NCBI GenBank assembly: GCA_046254885.1 | Contig: CM100994.1 | Coordinates: forward strand, 93,702,727-93,766,726 | Direction: 5' to 3' | From: Sinanodonta woodiana | Lineage: Eukaryota | Length of the DNA: 64,000 bases | In this document: piece after piece, positions 8,572-19,493 of the stretch | Layout: the number at the start of each line of letters is the position of its first letter | How positions within the stretch are numbered: position 1 is the first letter of the stretch | The notes under the pieces: generated by a model | Database searches by the model: none | Told to the model about the DNA's origin: nothing | Seen by the model: the letters and a program-made list of their open reading frames with translations, nothing else | Program-made: the position numbers and the translations under genes

Positions 8572-8610
8572 GACTGTAATTAGTTATTCAGCAACACGAG
8601 AACCAAACCC
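8533..8610. repeat. Upstream copy of a ~80-bp direct duplication of the ATPase promoter and 5' end
   Basis: cacacaatataaatccataattattatgttatataacatgactgtaattagttattcagcaacacgagaaccaaaccc is near-identical to 8766-8847. It contains overlapping ATGs on both strands. Confidence 0.7.
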
Positions 8611-8765
8611 CACAAAACGATTTACCAAGATACCAGATTCCGACCGATGATAGTTAAACCAATTGTTGGTATACGACGCGATATACACTTTCCATCAATA
8701 ATACTAATATGCTATTCTGATGGAACTAGCAGTCGGCTCAATTATCGATGTACGCCTTATACCCC

Positions 8766-8847
8766 TCACAACAATATAGATTCATAATTTATTTTGTTAT
8801 ATGGATATGAATGTAATTGATTATTCAGCAACACGAGAACCAGAACC
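8766..8847. repeat. Downstream copy of the same duplication, including the ATPase start
   Basis: See 8533..8610. The segment includes ATG 8801 and the first ~15 codons of the ATPase. Confidence 0.7.
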
Positions 8848-9316
8848 CGTAAAACATCACCCGTTGTTGCCAAATTCGATACGGATGATTATCATTGGAC
8901 CTTCAGGAAGCGGCAAAACACATTTGCTAATTGATATGATAATGAGACATATGAAATGGGACAAGTTGTATTTAATTGCTCCAAGTGTAGACGATCAACG
9001 ATGTTATCAGGTGCTAAAGGATTTAAACGAACGAATATTAGAAATTACCGGCGAAAACGGTATTGAATTTATAACCGATATTGACGAAGCGCCATCCTTG
9101 GATGACCTAGATAGAGAAATTAGGAATCTTGTAGTGTACGATGATGTCATGTTGGATAAACAAAAAAATCCCGCTAGGATATTTTCCAGAGGCAGGCATA
9201 AAAACGCCGACGTGATATATGTAACTCAGCGGTATACGCAAATACCAAAAGTAATACGAGACAATTGTAATTTGTTATGTGATGTGTATTTAACGGCATT
9301 GATACTCACACGCTAA
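8801..9316 (+). CDS. A32-like (FtsK-HerA superfamily) genome-packaging ATPase
   Basis: Walker A is IIIGPSGSGKTHLL and Walker B is LVVYDDVM. The family-specific SRGRHKNADVIYVTQRY motif is present. The ORF ends at an in-frame TAA, and the same frame continues to ~9472. Confidence 0.85.
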   Translation: MDMNVIDYSATREPEPVKHHPLLPNSIRMIIIGPSGSGKTHLLIDMIMRHMKWDKLYLIAPSVDDQRCYQVLKDLNERILEITGENGIEFITDIDEAPSLDDLDREIRNLVVYDDVMLDKQKNPARIFSRGRHKNADVIYVTQRYTQIPKVIRDNCNLLCDVYLTALILTR

Positions 9317-9472
9317 GAAATATTTGGACGACTTGGTGTTCCGATATGGATTATAATACGTTTATGAATTTTTTTCAGCCATGCAAGATCAACTCCACAC
9401 GGATTTGTAACGATAAATATACATGATCCTCGAACACGATATCGTATCAGATTAGATAGAATCTTTGGATAA
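9317..9472 (+). pseudogene. Probable original C-terminus of the packaging ATPase (same frame, beyond TAA 9314-9316 and TGA 9365-9367)
   Basis: Frame 2 continues EIFGRLGVPIWIIIRL*IFFSHARSTPHGFVTINIHDPRTRYRIRLDRIFG*. The total would be ~224 codons, which is the typical length of A32-like ATPases. Confidence 0.4.
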
Positions 9473-9542
9473 CATATAAATTTCCTATTTGCTACCCTCG
9501 TTGCAGAGTAACGTTATGATACAACGCAGCTTGTTTAGTGAA

Positions 9543-10270
9543 AAATCTAGTTGCAAAAAAACGAAATATTTTTTTTTTTTATCCCCGATGATCGGGTATA
9601 TGTTTCGGGCAAAAAGTACAGTTAATCCTCGGTATATGTTTCGGGCAAAAAGTACAGTTCTCCCCCTGGTGGAAAAATGCAGTTTTCTCATTGTCGCAGC
9701 TGTAACATAGAAATATTTTTTACCGTTAGATTACCGCTTCGGTGGCCTAGTGGTTAGAGCGTCCGCCACGGAAGCGGGAGGTCGTGGGTTCGATCCCTGG
9801 CCGAGTCATACCAAAAACTTACAAAATGGTACTAGCAGCTGCCTCGCTTGACGCTCAGCATTAAGAGGTTAGTGTTAGGACTGGTCGGCCTGGTGTCAGG
9901 ATAATGTGACTGGGTGGGACATCATGCTACACGTCTGCAGCATGATGTCTCGGTGCTAGACATCACTTTAAACCTCACAGCAGACATCGTAGCGATATGA
10001 CTGAAAAATTGTTAAAGCTACGTTAAAAATCCTAATCAAACAAACAAACAAAATTACCAAAATAAGGTTTCTATATTGGAAATCTGCTTATGGCATATAG
10101 TAATGAAGGGTGGTAAAAAGTACAGTTCTCCCTCTGTGCTAGAAAAATATTCATGACAACATTATCGCAGCTGTATCATAGAAATATCTAGTTGCAAAAA
10201 AATGAAATTTTTTATCCCCCGATGATTAGGTATTTGTTTCAGGCAAAAGTACATTTCTCCCCCTCTGCTG
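9543..10270. repeat. Diverged ~180-bp direct duplication bracketing a SINE, just outside the last viral gene
   Basis: atctagttgcaaaaaaa(c/t)gaaat...tatcccc(c)gatgat..ggtat.tgtttc.ggcaaaa(a)gtacagttctccccct and gcagctgta(a/t)catagaaatat occur at 9545-9715 and again at 10142-10262. Copy A also has an internal 36-bp duplication. Confidence 0.55.
9741..10060 (+). mobile_element. tRNA-derived SINE, family A, full length
   Basis: The tRNA-like head GGTGGCCTAGTGGTTAGAGCG...GGTTCGATCC carries A and B boxes. The conserved body is ...gctgcctcgcttgacgctcagcattaagaggttagtgttaggactggtcggcctggtgtcaggataatgtgactgggtggg... with an (aaac)n tail. There are four copies in the window. Confidence 0.75.
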
Positions 10271-10360
10271 CTTCTTCTGTTAACCTTTCTGAAGAAGAAA
10301 AAAATAGTAACTATAAAACAAAATAAATATTTTTTTCCATTGCGCTGAAGCTTTACGGCG

Positions 10361-10469
<109 letters not shown>

Positions 10470-13400
10470 CGTATCAGCGTACAATACAATTATAGCGTCA
10501 GTTAAAAAAATGTAGTTTCTATTTTGCAATACAAACATTCATGTATGTATCTGATGGTTAAAACCTATTTTAAATTTCTATGAAATAAAGGAATACGAAA
10601 CCTTTCAAATTTCTTTCATATTGCATTTTTTAAAATTATTATTATTGAGTTCCATTATTTCATTGCATACTGCAATTCCATTTCAATCGATTTTACGTTT
10701 GCGTGTTTTAGTCATGCCTCATCGAGTAACGTCCCCTACAGTACCCAGCAGATGACCATACAAAAATGTAAGCATATATATTTGATCCATCATTACATAA
10801 AGTTCCCATCGTATGTAAAACTAAACCTCAATACAGTTCAATATTGCAAAGTATTTCTAACCGTTCTGTTGTGTTTTCTATTAAGCGGTTTAACAGGTAT
10901 AATAGCGTTCACATACTTATTGGCGACGAGGAGATTGAGGCCTTTACGTACAGTACAGTAGAGCTTGACATGTCATTTGTTTACTCTCCTGGATGCCGAC
11001 ATTACCCCGTATGAATTTTGTAGTGTACGTCAACGAGGCCATTTATGTGCTTTTTCTTGAATTAAATATTGTTTTTTTTTAAAACAATTAAATTTAACAA
11101 AGTTCAACAATTTTTTTTAATGGAAGCGCAAATGATCTGCACCTTAAATAAAATTGCAAAAAAACATCGAATAACTTCCACACAAGAATTATTGATCACT
11201 AATGAAATCTTACAGTGATGGCCAGGTTCTGATAATGAGCCGAGAAAAAAGGATGTCATGTCTAATCAGCACAAATTCTTGTCAGCATAGGCAGCTTTGC
11301 TTATGGCATTATAGCAACCAAATTATATCCAGTTTGTACTGGATCATACATTTAACTTGATATTGTCCAAAAATGTCCACGGACTTGACCAATGTTTTTG
11401 ACATATGTACATGTATTACTCATTGCATCTATGTATTGACTTCCTGAAGAATATGGCTGTTTTATGATGGAAATAATATGAACAAATAGCACTTAAAGTT
11501 AAACATGTGTGATCAAATTCTACTAAATGACCCAGTTACTAAATCTGTTGGTACTGTACTTTCTCACCCAAGCGACAGAGAAATCTGGCTGTTTTGCTAA
11601 CCTTACTTTTTTTTATCTCAGTCAAGTCATCTCATTCCAGGCATCTCAGTCATGGTGTCCACATGCTCAGAACTACTTTTATTAATAATACAAACAGCAT
11701 TCTTGTCTTCGCTGTGCCATAGTTGTTCTCAAATAAAACAACAGCAATAACATCAACAACAAAAATAGATAACCAAAATATAGTTACTTAAGGTCATTCT
11801 GTCTTACAAAACACTAAACAAAAACAGTTTGATAGAGACCAATACACACACACATACTATTTCGAGGTTTTGATATTATGTTAGTTCGCTTTAACTTGCC
11901 TAGTCAAATTAAATTTATCCTATATGCAGGAATAGCTCAGTAGATTTTCAGAACAATGCAGCTAAAACAACTGTCTGAGCTAGTTGTAAACACATCGTGT
12001 GAAAGAATGTATATACTTTTTAGCTACATTTAATGAAGCTGACCTGAAAATTTGCCATGCTACAGATAGGATAAAACTCTAAATGGTGTTTGAAATAAAC
12101 TGTCAGAAACACTGATCTATGCACATAACTTCGTAAGACTATATCCATATACACTTCATTGCATCTCAACTATCTAACAACAATGGAAAACTTAGCAACA
12201 GCCAGGAATGTATTGCGTCAAACAATCTTTATAATAATTTTGTTTGGCATCTCGATTCGTTATGCTCCATCTGAGTGAATGCAATATTTATTGATAAATA
12301 ATAAACTTACCAGCCAGAATGAAATTGATTTATTCATTAACACACTAATCCATCAGCAAATTTCACTACATCATTTGCCATATTTCTAAGACAGAAATAT
12401 AATTTTTCAAAGAATCAGTGAACTTGAAAGGTTTGCACATTTTTATCCTCTGGGGTACACAATGGTGATGAGTTTGTTTTATATGGGAGAGCTTGGAGTA
12501 CTCAAAATTGGAAATGATGAAAGGAAACTGTTTTTTCTAATAAAGTATAACTATTTATTGTTAATTTTATATAACATCCATATATAAAATATGATAAAAT
12601 CTCATTACTATGCTACGTTTTATGTTGTTATTTTTCTTCGCTCATGCATATAAACAGTGTACTTCGGATGCAACAGTCACATCACTGCCCTCGTTAGCAT
12701 ATTAATATTCATGTGCCACATGTAAACATTACAATGAAAACACTAGTAAAACGTTCTTTTTACTTAAAGGATAATATTGGGTGAGAAAAATAATCTACAT
12801 TGGGGTTTTGGCCAAGAAAATGAAATCCCAGCCGTGGGGTTATATTAAATATCTCCCCACTCGGACAAGCCTTGCTGGGAGACAAATAATATAACCCCTA
12901 TGCTGGGATATACAGTGGAGCCTGCTATAATGCGCCCCGCCATAACGCGAATTCGGATATAATGCGGTCACGGCGTGGCTCCCGAAATTTGATATACTTT
13001 TTCGCTCATAAATTTTGTCTTTTTCTTGAAGTGTTATGTCAAAATAAACATGATGTGTTTGTTCTTTGTGGTTGTCTTCAATTAATTCTGTATACAATCG
13101 TTGCTCTCACTTTAGCCGACGTGTATTTCTTCTTTAATTGGACACAAAAACAGACAATGCGGTGGTTGAAAAGTTTCTCATAGTTTAATAAACATAAAAA
13201 AAAAAAAACGAAAGCCAAGCCGCCAACGTTTTTCTGGGCTTGGCGGTGTTACTAGACGCAATCAGTTGACCAGTAAGTAATGTTTGCTTCACAAAGTAGA
13301 AATTGACAGGGTATGAAATTGACATGCGTTAAGCTTTAAAAAAAATTATAAAAGTGACTTGTGACAATTGCAGGCCTACAGCACTTAGTTCTCGGGTTTT

Positions 13401-14764
13401 ACACATGTGATGATGAAATGGTTATTAATTGCACTTTTTTCTCTTAATAAATATTTTACCGATACGGAAAAGCAAATTCACAAGCGAAGTCGTTCAATGC
13501 ACTTTTGCGCTCACACATAAAAAAAATTATGATTTCGGGGGAAGAGATGTAGATGAATTTTAATATAATACAATGTATTAATTTCACCAGGTCCTTGAAC
13601 TAATTGATTATGCCTAAATAAACATCGGAAATATAACTTATGATTAATCCAAGAGTAAAACACATGTTCTTGAACTGCATAAAGAACAAAGCAGCCGACA
13701 CTAAGGTGGTTGATAAAGATTGTGACAATTTAATAAACATCACCAAAAAAAAAAAGCTTTCTGGGCTTGGCTGTGTAACTAGGCAGAGGAAATCATTTGA
13801 ACAGTAAATAGTGTTGGCTTTGTTAGCTGGAAATTGTACATGCGTACATTGTGGGTGGGGGTGGGGAGTACTTTACCTCATTGGCGCGTGACCATTACAG
13901 ACACACGTTTAGGATTTAGTTCTCGAATTTTATTTATATGGTGTTTGTTAACTAACTCGTCAGTACTTTTCTATTTTGTATATTTTTAAAAAAATATTTT
14001 TTTGTTGTTACCGTTATGGAAAATCAAGTTTACAATGTGTATAGACACCGTTCATAGTAGACCCCGGAACATAATGAATGTACAACTTACTTTGTTTTTC
14101 GTAACCTAATTTTCTGTTAATTTTTCTCAGTGAATTCTGACATAATGATTTGTGACAAAAATATTGAACAGTTTTTAAATACGTTTGCAATTTTTGCAAT
14201 GGAATTAGATACAGATATTATAGATTAGCTGCATGCCATGACGGTACTATATCAGACGGTAAGTAAACGGTGTTAATACTCCCTGTACATGCTATATATT
14301 TATTGGACATTTAATTCAGTAACAACGATCTTGGACAATATTATTTAATATTTTAAGTCTGTGCAATCTTCCAATGGAATTGTATACTTTATGGACGAAC
14401 TTCGTGCTATGATGGCACGATAGTAAACGATGTTAATACCATCCCTATTCATTATGTAACGTCAGTCACGGTGTTATTGATTTGTATTTTCAGTTAAAAA
14501 ACAATAAAACTTAGTAAAACTATCTAAAGCAAAGCAATAACCTATAAATATATTATACCTCCACTTTTTAAAAATAAGTCGTGTTATTCATCCGATAATA
14601 CTCCGATTTCTTATATTAGACACGAGTACATGTATATACGCTGATGCGGTGTTTACAAGAGATTTTTTCCCTTCAAAACACTAAAACCCCGCTTTAACGC
14701 GACCCCGCTTTTAATGCGATCTAATTTCATGGACCCCGATCATCGCGTTATAGCCGGGTTCCAC

Positions 14765-14872
<108 letters not shown>

Positions 14873-15232
14873 TTGCCTCACACAAATACCACCCAACAAT
14901 TATTGGGTTTTGTTTGAATAATAATATAAAGCAAAATAAAATATGATTAATGTGATTTTGATACAAGTTTACTTTTTTCTAGTTTTAGCAGGCATCATAT
15001 GGTCATACTTTATTGGACAGGAATGGAGATAGTTTGATAACAACTGATTGTTGGGGTTTGAAGATAATCTTTGGAACAATAATCTCTGGAATGGATGGTG
15101 TAAGTCTGCTTAATTCATATTGTTTAAAGTCGCTTGATTATTGTTCTAGCTGATTGCACTCCACACAGATTTATTGTTCTCCCTTTGATCTCTTTTCTTG
15201 CCGTATTCAAGCTTAGAAAATAATCTTCAATT

Positions 15233-15349
<117 letters not shown>

Positions 15350-16795
15350 TCAAGTAAAGAATAAATAATTCATATAAATTTATATTATTAGCTTTTTATT
15401 TTTATTCAAACATGTTTGACTATTCCCATTCCAATATTTCCAAGAAGAAGACTTTCTTCACAAAAATTAATTAAATGTTATTTATTTGTATAAAATATAT
15501 AATGAAAAGTTATAATGAATATACATGTACATATATAATATAGAATCAGCAAATACTTTTGATTCTTCAATACTTTTCCTATCACTCTGTGTATTTAAAA
15601 AAATATGTTTTACTATGATTCGCCATGTATTAGATCTGTCAAATCAAATTCATGTACAACCAAGTTTTACATCATTAAATTGTTCCATAAATAGGAATTA
15701 AGGTAAATAATTTGTATCAAAATCACATAATAATATTTTATTTTGCTTTATATTATTATTCAAACCCCCAAAAATAATTTGTGTGTATATTTAATTTGTT
15801 GTGTGCAGATAAATTGTATTACAAAAATTCATATCTGGAGTATTTTCAATATAATTTTATAAGTTTTTTTGAGAAAAAAGTTCTTGTCATTTAAATTTGT
15901 CTTCTAAAACATAAATACCAAAACAATAAATCCAAATAAATTTAAGTCTTTTTAATTAACATTTGATAAAATAAAAAAACCTAACATGAATATGGTACAT
16001 GTATTTAGTCTATCATATAGATTCTCAATAAATTCCCATTATTCCCACCTGTTAAACAATGATAATTTTTTTTATGTGCCATTTTAGTTAGTTATTTAAC
16101 AGAGAGATACCATGTTAGATTATAAATGGAAAAAAGAGGTGCTACCATTTCATTCTAGACTTTGTGGAGGCTTTCATTTCAACATGAATAAAAAGTATAT
16201 ACTTTCTAAAAGCTTTTGAAAAATTGGTTGAAAATTTTAAATTTATGCCCATTTGAATCTTTGTATGTTATATAGACCAATTTTTCATCTAGTTTTTAGA
16301 TCCTCATTTGCCTGAGATACAAATTCAAACTTTATCATTGAAGACTTTATTTTGAAGCAAAGTATCTATGCACCTAAATTATGTTGTGTATATATTACTA
16401 TTATTTCCTTCTCCAAAAATGTTCACACATGAATGGAGATTAATTGAGTGTAGTAATATTGGAAATTTTTGGTCTATTATTTATTCTCTGAACATAATGC
16501 AATGAGAGGAGCATTTTCCAAGGAGAAAGCAAATTGTTAAGTACATTATGTTTCTCCAAGAATATATACCCAATCATAATACTTAATTTTAGATGAGAAA
16601 GCAATTTATTTATTTTAAAATTATATCAAATTTGTTTATGATATGAAGGTGGTGAGGTTCATGTAAGGTTTATGTATAACTGAAAATTATGATGATAATG
16701 CTACTTTGCAGTGGACATTTAATTGTCCATTTTTTTGTTTGTTAGTTCATCTTGGGAACTGTGTTGTGTTTGATAAAGAGTTTGTTTTATTTCAG

Positions 16796-16942
16796 GATCA
16801 TCCGAAGTTTATGATGAAAATCTTCAAAAATTGTACTGTAGTCCTCCTGTTTGATACAAATACCTCTTTCAAAGAGAAAACATCTTGGAAAAAGAAAATC
16901 ACCAACAATGGTGGAGTGATCTCATATATAGTAACAAAGAGG
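16796..16942 (+). CDS. Host gene exon (BRCT domain, N-terminal half), phase 0-0
   Basis: The acceptor is ttgttttatttcag| and the donor is agg|gtatta. The exon encodes DHPKFMMKIFKNCTVVLLFDTNTSFKEKTSWKKKITNNGGVISYIVTKR, which matches the BRCT beta1-alpha1-GG pattern. Confidence 0.5.
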
Positions 16943-18049
16943 GTATTAACACAGTTATATGTCTGTATTCTCTGTCTATAAAATATAGGTAGCATGATTC
17001 TGTTGGGAATGGTCGGAACATCATTAACAATGTTGATGTTGTGTTAATAAAGCTATGTTTGCCAGGCTGTTTGTCCATGTAAGTGTAAGGTGTAGTCCTG
17101 TGTTATGCATCAAAACTCACTAAACAAACTTGATCTAAATTTGAAGAAGAGCATCCTCACACAAGTGGTTTTAAATTTGTACAAAATGATGCCAATCCAC
17201 CATCAGATATGACGACTATTTATAAAATTAGAAAAGTCTTTGAAACAATTTTTTAAAAGCAACATAACAAATTTGAAAGCATCATAGCATAAAGTGCTTT
17301 AATTTGCTGCTAATCGGCCATCAGATATTACAACTAAGTATAGAAAAACATTTTCAATTTGTTTCTTAGAAGCAAATCATTAGAGTTTATTGAACTTTAG
17401 AAACAAATAAAGGGCTTTCACATTTGTATAAATGATGCTAATTTACTGTCTAAAAAGTTAATATGGCTAACATTACTAAACATAAAACTAAAAATCAAAC
17501 ATCAAAGCTGCACAGCAAAAATTTACCAAATTTAATAGAAAGCATCCTGAAAAAAAGGGCTTTCAATTTTTATACATGTGTGTTGATTTTGGCTTCAAAT
17601 ATGATTATGAAAGATATGAAAGTTTTTTGGCCATGTGACTTCAAATGAGCACTGCAGAATCTCAACATTGTAATTCATTCAAATAGCTAGGAATACTTAG
17701 ATTACTAATTGCTACTAAATGAAAAGTCGTACCTGGATATCTCACAAACTCACTTATAATGCATGGTCAGGCATAGATCCCATTTTATAAAACTAGAAAA
17801 TACAAAGAATAATGTCCCCATATGTTGAACATGAAGAAAATCAAAAATGGTTGGTATGATGGAGAAATTGGAATTAACATTTTGGAATTCTCATCTTTAA
17901 ATAAGAAGTCTTATATTTTGTTGTATTTCCAACAACATTCTCATTACTAAAAACAACACAACAATATTGAACTAAATTTCAGTCAACGAAAATGTCACTA
18001 ATTGTTTTGTTGTGAATCCGCAGCAGCTAAATCAGTGATATAATGCACA

Positions 18050-18350
18050 CATCATATATACTTGCATATAAGCCAAAACCTTAGGAAAAAAATAAGGCCT
18101 GGAAGAGGTGGGGGTGGGTGGGTGGTCAGCTTATCTGCTGGCCAAGGTCCAAGTCTGAAACTTTGAACACTTTTTGTTAGTGGTAGTGTGTTGTACAATA
18201 GCTACCATATACTTCATCCATGGTAAATGCCTCAGGATAATAGGTTTGTTTTGTTGCATAATGCCAATGACTTTACTAATACATGCCAACTCTCAGATGT
18301 ATTGCTTAAGGAGATATGGTAGTGAACATGGCTTCCGCTCAATGTTATAG
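18050..18350. repeat. Dispersed ~300-bp repeat family (other copies at 23050-23170 + 23760-23930; fragments at ~27090 and ~60430)
   Basis: The shared segments are ...ataagccaaaaccttaggaaaaaaataaggcctggaagagg...gctggccaaggtccaagtctgaaac... and ...gtggtaaatgcctcag.ataa..g..ttgttttgttgca.aatgccaat.actttactaata.atgc..actctcagatgtatt.... The 23-kb copy is split by ~590 bp. Confidence 0.4.
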
Positions 18351-19242
18351 ACTGTCACAATACTTGACAAGGACAACATATATGATTAAAGCATTCTTGT
18401 AACAGAAACTTAGTTTTGTGAACTGTTTGGCAAGACTGATACAGCGCCAGAACCTGACTTTGAAGGATTCTAAAAGTGATTGAACTGTTAAAATTCATTA
18501 TTTTAGAATAAGGATTAATTAAACTTCCATTAAGACTTAACACTAGAATTGTTTTTATTTCAACATATAAGTTAGCTTTGTTACTTTCATTGTTTTTAAT
18601 AATGTGATTTGCCTAAATAAACGTATTCAGAACTCACTTTGTGCATCTCATGCGTCGGCTTATTTACATTCATGCACTTTATAACAGTTTTACCAATTCA
18701 GTTACAAACTTAGCTACCTAATCATGTTTTGTATCTTGTATGTTTTCAGCATGTTTTTATGTTTTCCAATTTCATTGTTTATTGTTATTTATTATTCTGT
18801 AGTGTAGTCATATCATTATTGATAGTGTAAAGTGCTTAGAGCTTCGAAAGATTTGGCACTATACAAAGTTCTCATTATATGTGGATGAGCAAGTATATAC
18901 AGTAATTATTTCATGTAAACTTGATGGTTGTTGAAATCTCCTGCTAAATACTGTTGTTAAGAGTCTTTTAGTGGCTGGTTATGTTAATAATAAAGGTAAT
19001 TTATACAAAAGAATCAATAACTTTAGCAGAATAAGCTGTTTCTTGATAATTATTCCCTCACCCCAGTATTCTATAAGTCCAGCACTGGAGATGGCATCGT
19101 CTACATGAGTTTTTGGAGGTGCTTTTGTAACTCATGCCTTTGATTATAGTGTCATCTGTTGTTTATTTTACCCAGTTGTGCTTGAGTTATTGAGATAGTG
19201 GTGTAGGCTAACAATATTTAGTAAACTAATACCAAAAACTAA

Positions 19243-19493
19243 GGTGCCCAGAGTGGTCAAGTGGTTTAAAGTGCTCTCTATTATGGATCACTGCCATCTC
19301 ATCTCTGCGTGGGTTCGACTCTAAGATTTGGCTAATGTAGGTAATGTGAGAAAGTTTGCCAGTAACTTCTCGTGGGTCAGTGGCTCTTACCGTGGGTTTT
19401 CCCAGGTTCTTCCTTCACGATTAATACTGACCACAATGTATAGACTATTGTGTGCTGAAAAATGGCGTTAAACCTTACAACAACGGCAATCAA
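19243..19493 (+). mobile_element. tRNA(Leu/Ser-like)-derived SINE, family B
   Basis: The head is GGTGCCCAGAGTGGTCAAGTGGTTTAAAGTGCTC...GCGTGGGTTCGACTCTAAG, with body ...gtgagaaagtttgccagtaacttctcgtgggtcagtgg... and tail gtgctgaaaaatggcgttaaac. There are five copies in the window. Confidence 0.75.

Larger units (their letters stand above)
1..9480. mobile_element. Integrated polinton/Maverick-like (MELD-virus-like) dsDNA viral element, right-hand portion; left boundary is outside the window
   Basis: Sixteen back-to-back ORFs with no introns include an rve DDE integrase, an A32-like packaging ATPase (GPSGSGKT, VVYDDV, SRGRHKN...TQRY), an SF1 helicase, a parvo-type PLA2 and an HNH endonuclease. 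This gene combination is characteristic of polinton-like viruses, not cellular loci. Density drops abruptly after ~9.48 kb, where SINEs and microsatellites begin. pPolB and capsid genes are not in the window, so family assignment is open. Confidence 0.6.

Noticed and set aside
9286-9378. Putative 93-nt spliceosomal intron (GTATTT...TTTTTTCAG) joining the ATPase to a downstream C-terminal segment.
   Set aside because: The downstream segment is in the very same frame as the ATPase, and the intervening sequence is open except for one TAA and one TGA. Two point stops explain this more simply than an intron. The rest of the element is intronless.
4250-9472. Alternative genetic code (TGA or TAG as sense) to explain the in-frame stops.
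   Set aside because: TAA, TAG and TGA all also terminate ORFs exactly at gene ends that are followed by the next gene start (e.g. TGA 1981, TAG 3941, TAA 7013). A reassigned code is therefore unlikely. Read-through or recent mutation remain possible.
9741-9812. Possible tRNA gene (A and B boxes, tRNA-like head). The same applies to the heads of the family-B SINEs.
   Set aside because: The 5' and 3' acceptor segments do not pair and the anticodon arm is not foldable. The head is followed by a ~250-bp conserved SINE body and occurs 4-5 times. These are SINE promoters, not tRNAs.
12840-14760. Possible element bounded by inverted motifs (ccataacgcg / cgcgttatagcc) containing a 44-bp hairpin (ggggttatattaaat...ataatataacccc) and a diverged ~550-bp tandem duplication.
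   Set aside because: The similarities are short and imperfect and I could not define termini or TSDs. I note it only as low-confidence structure.
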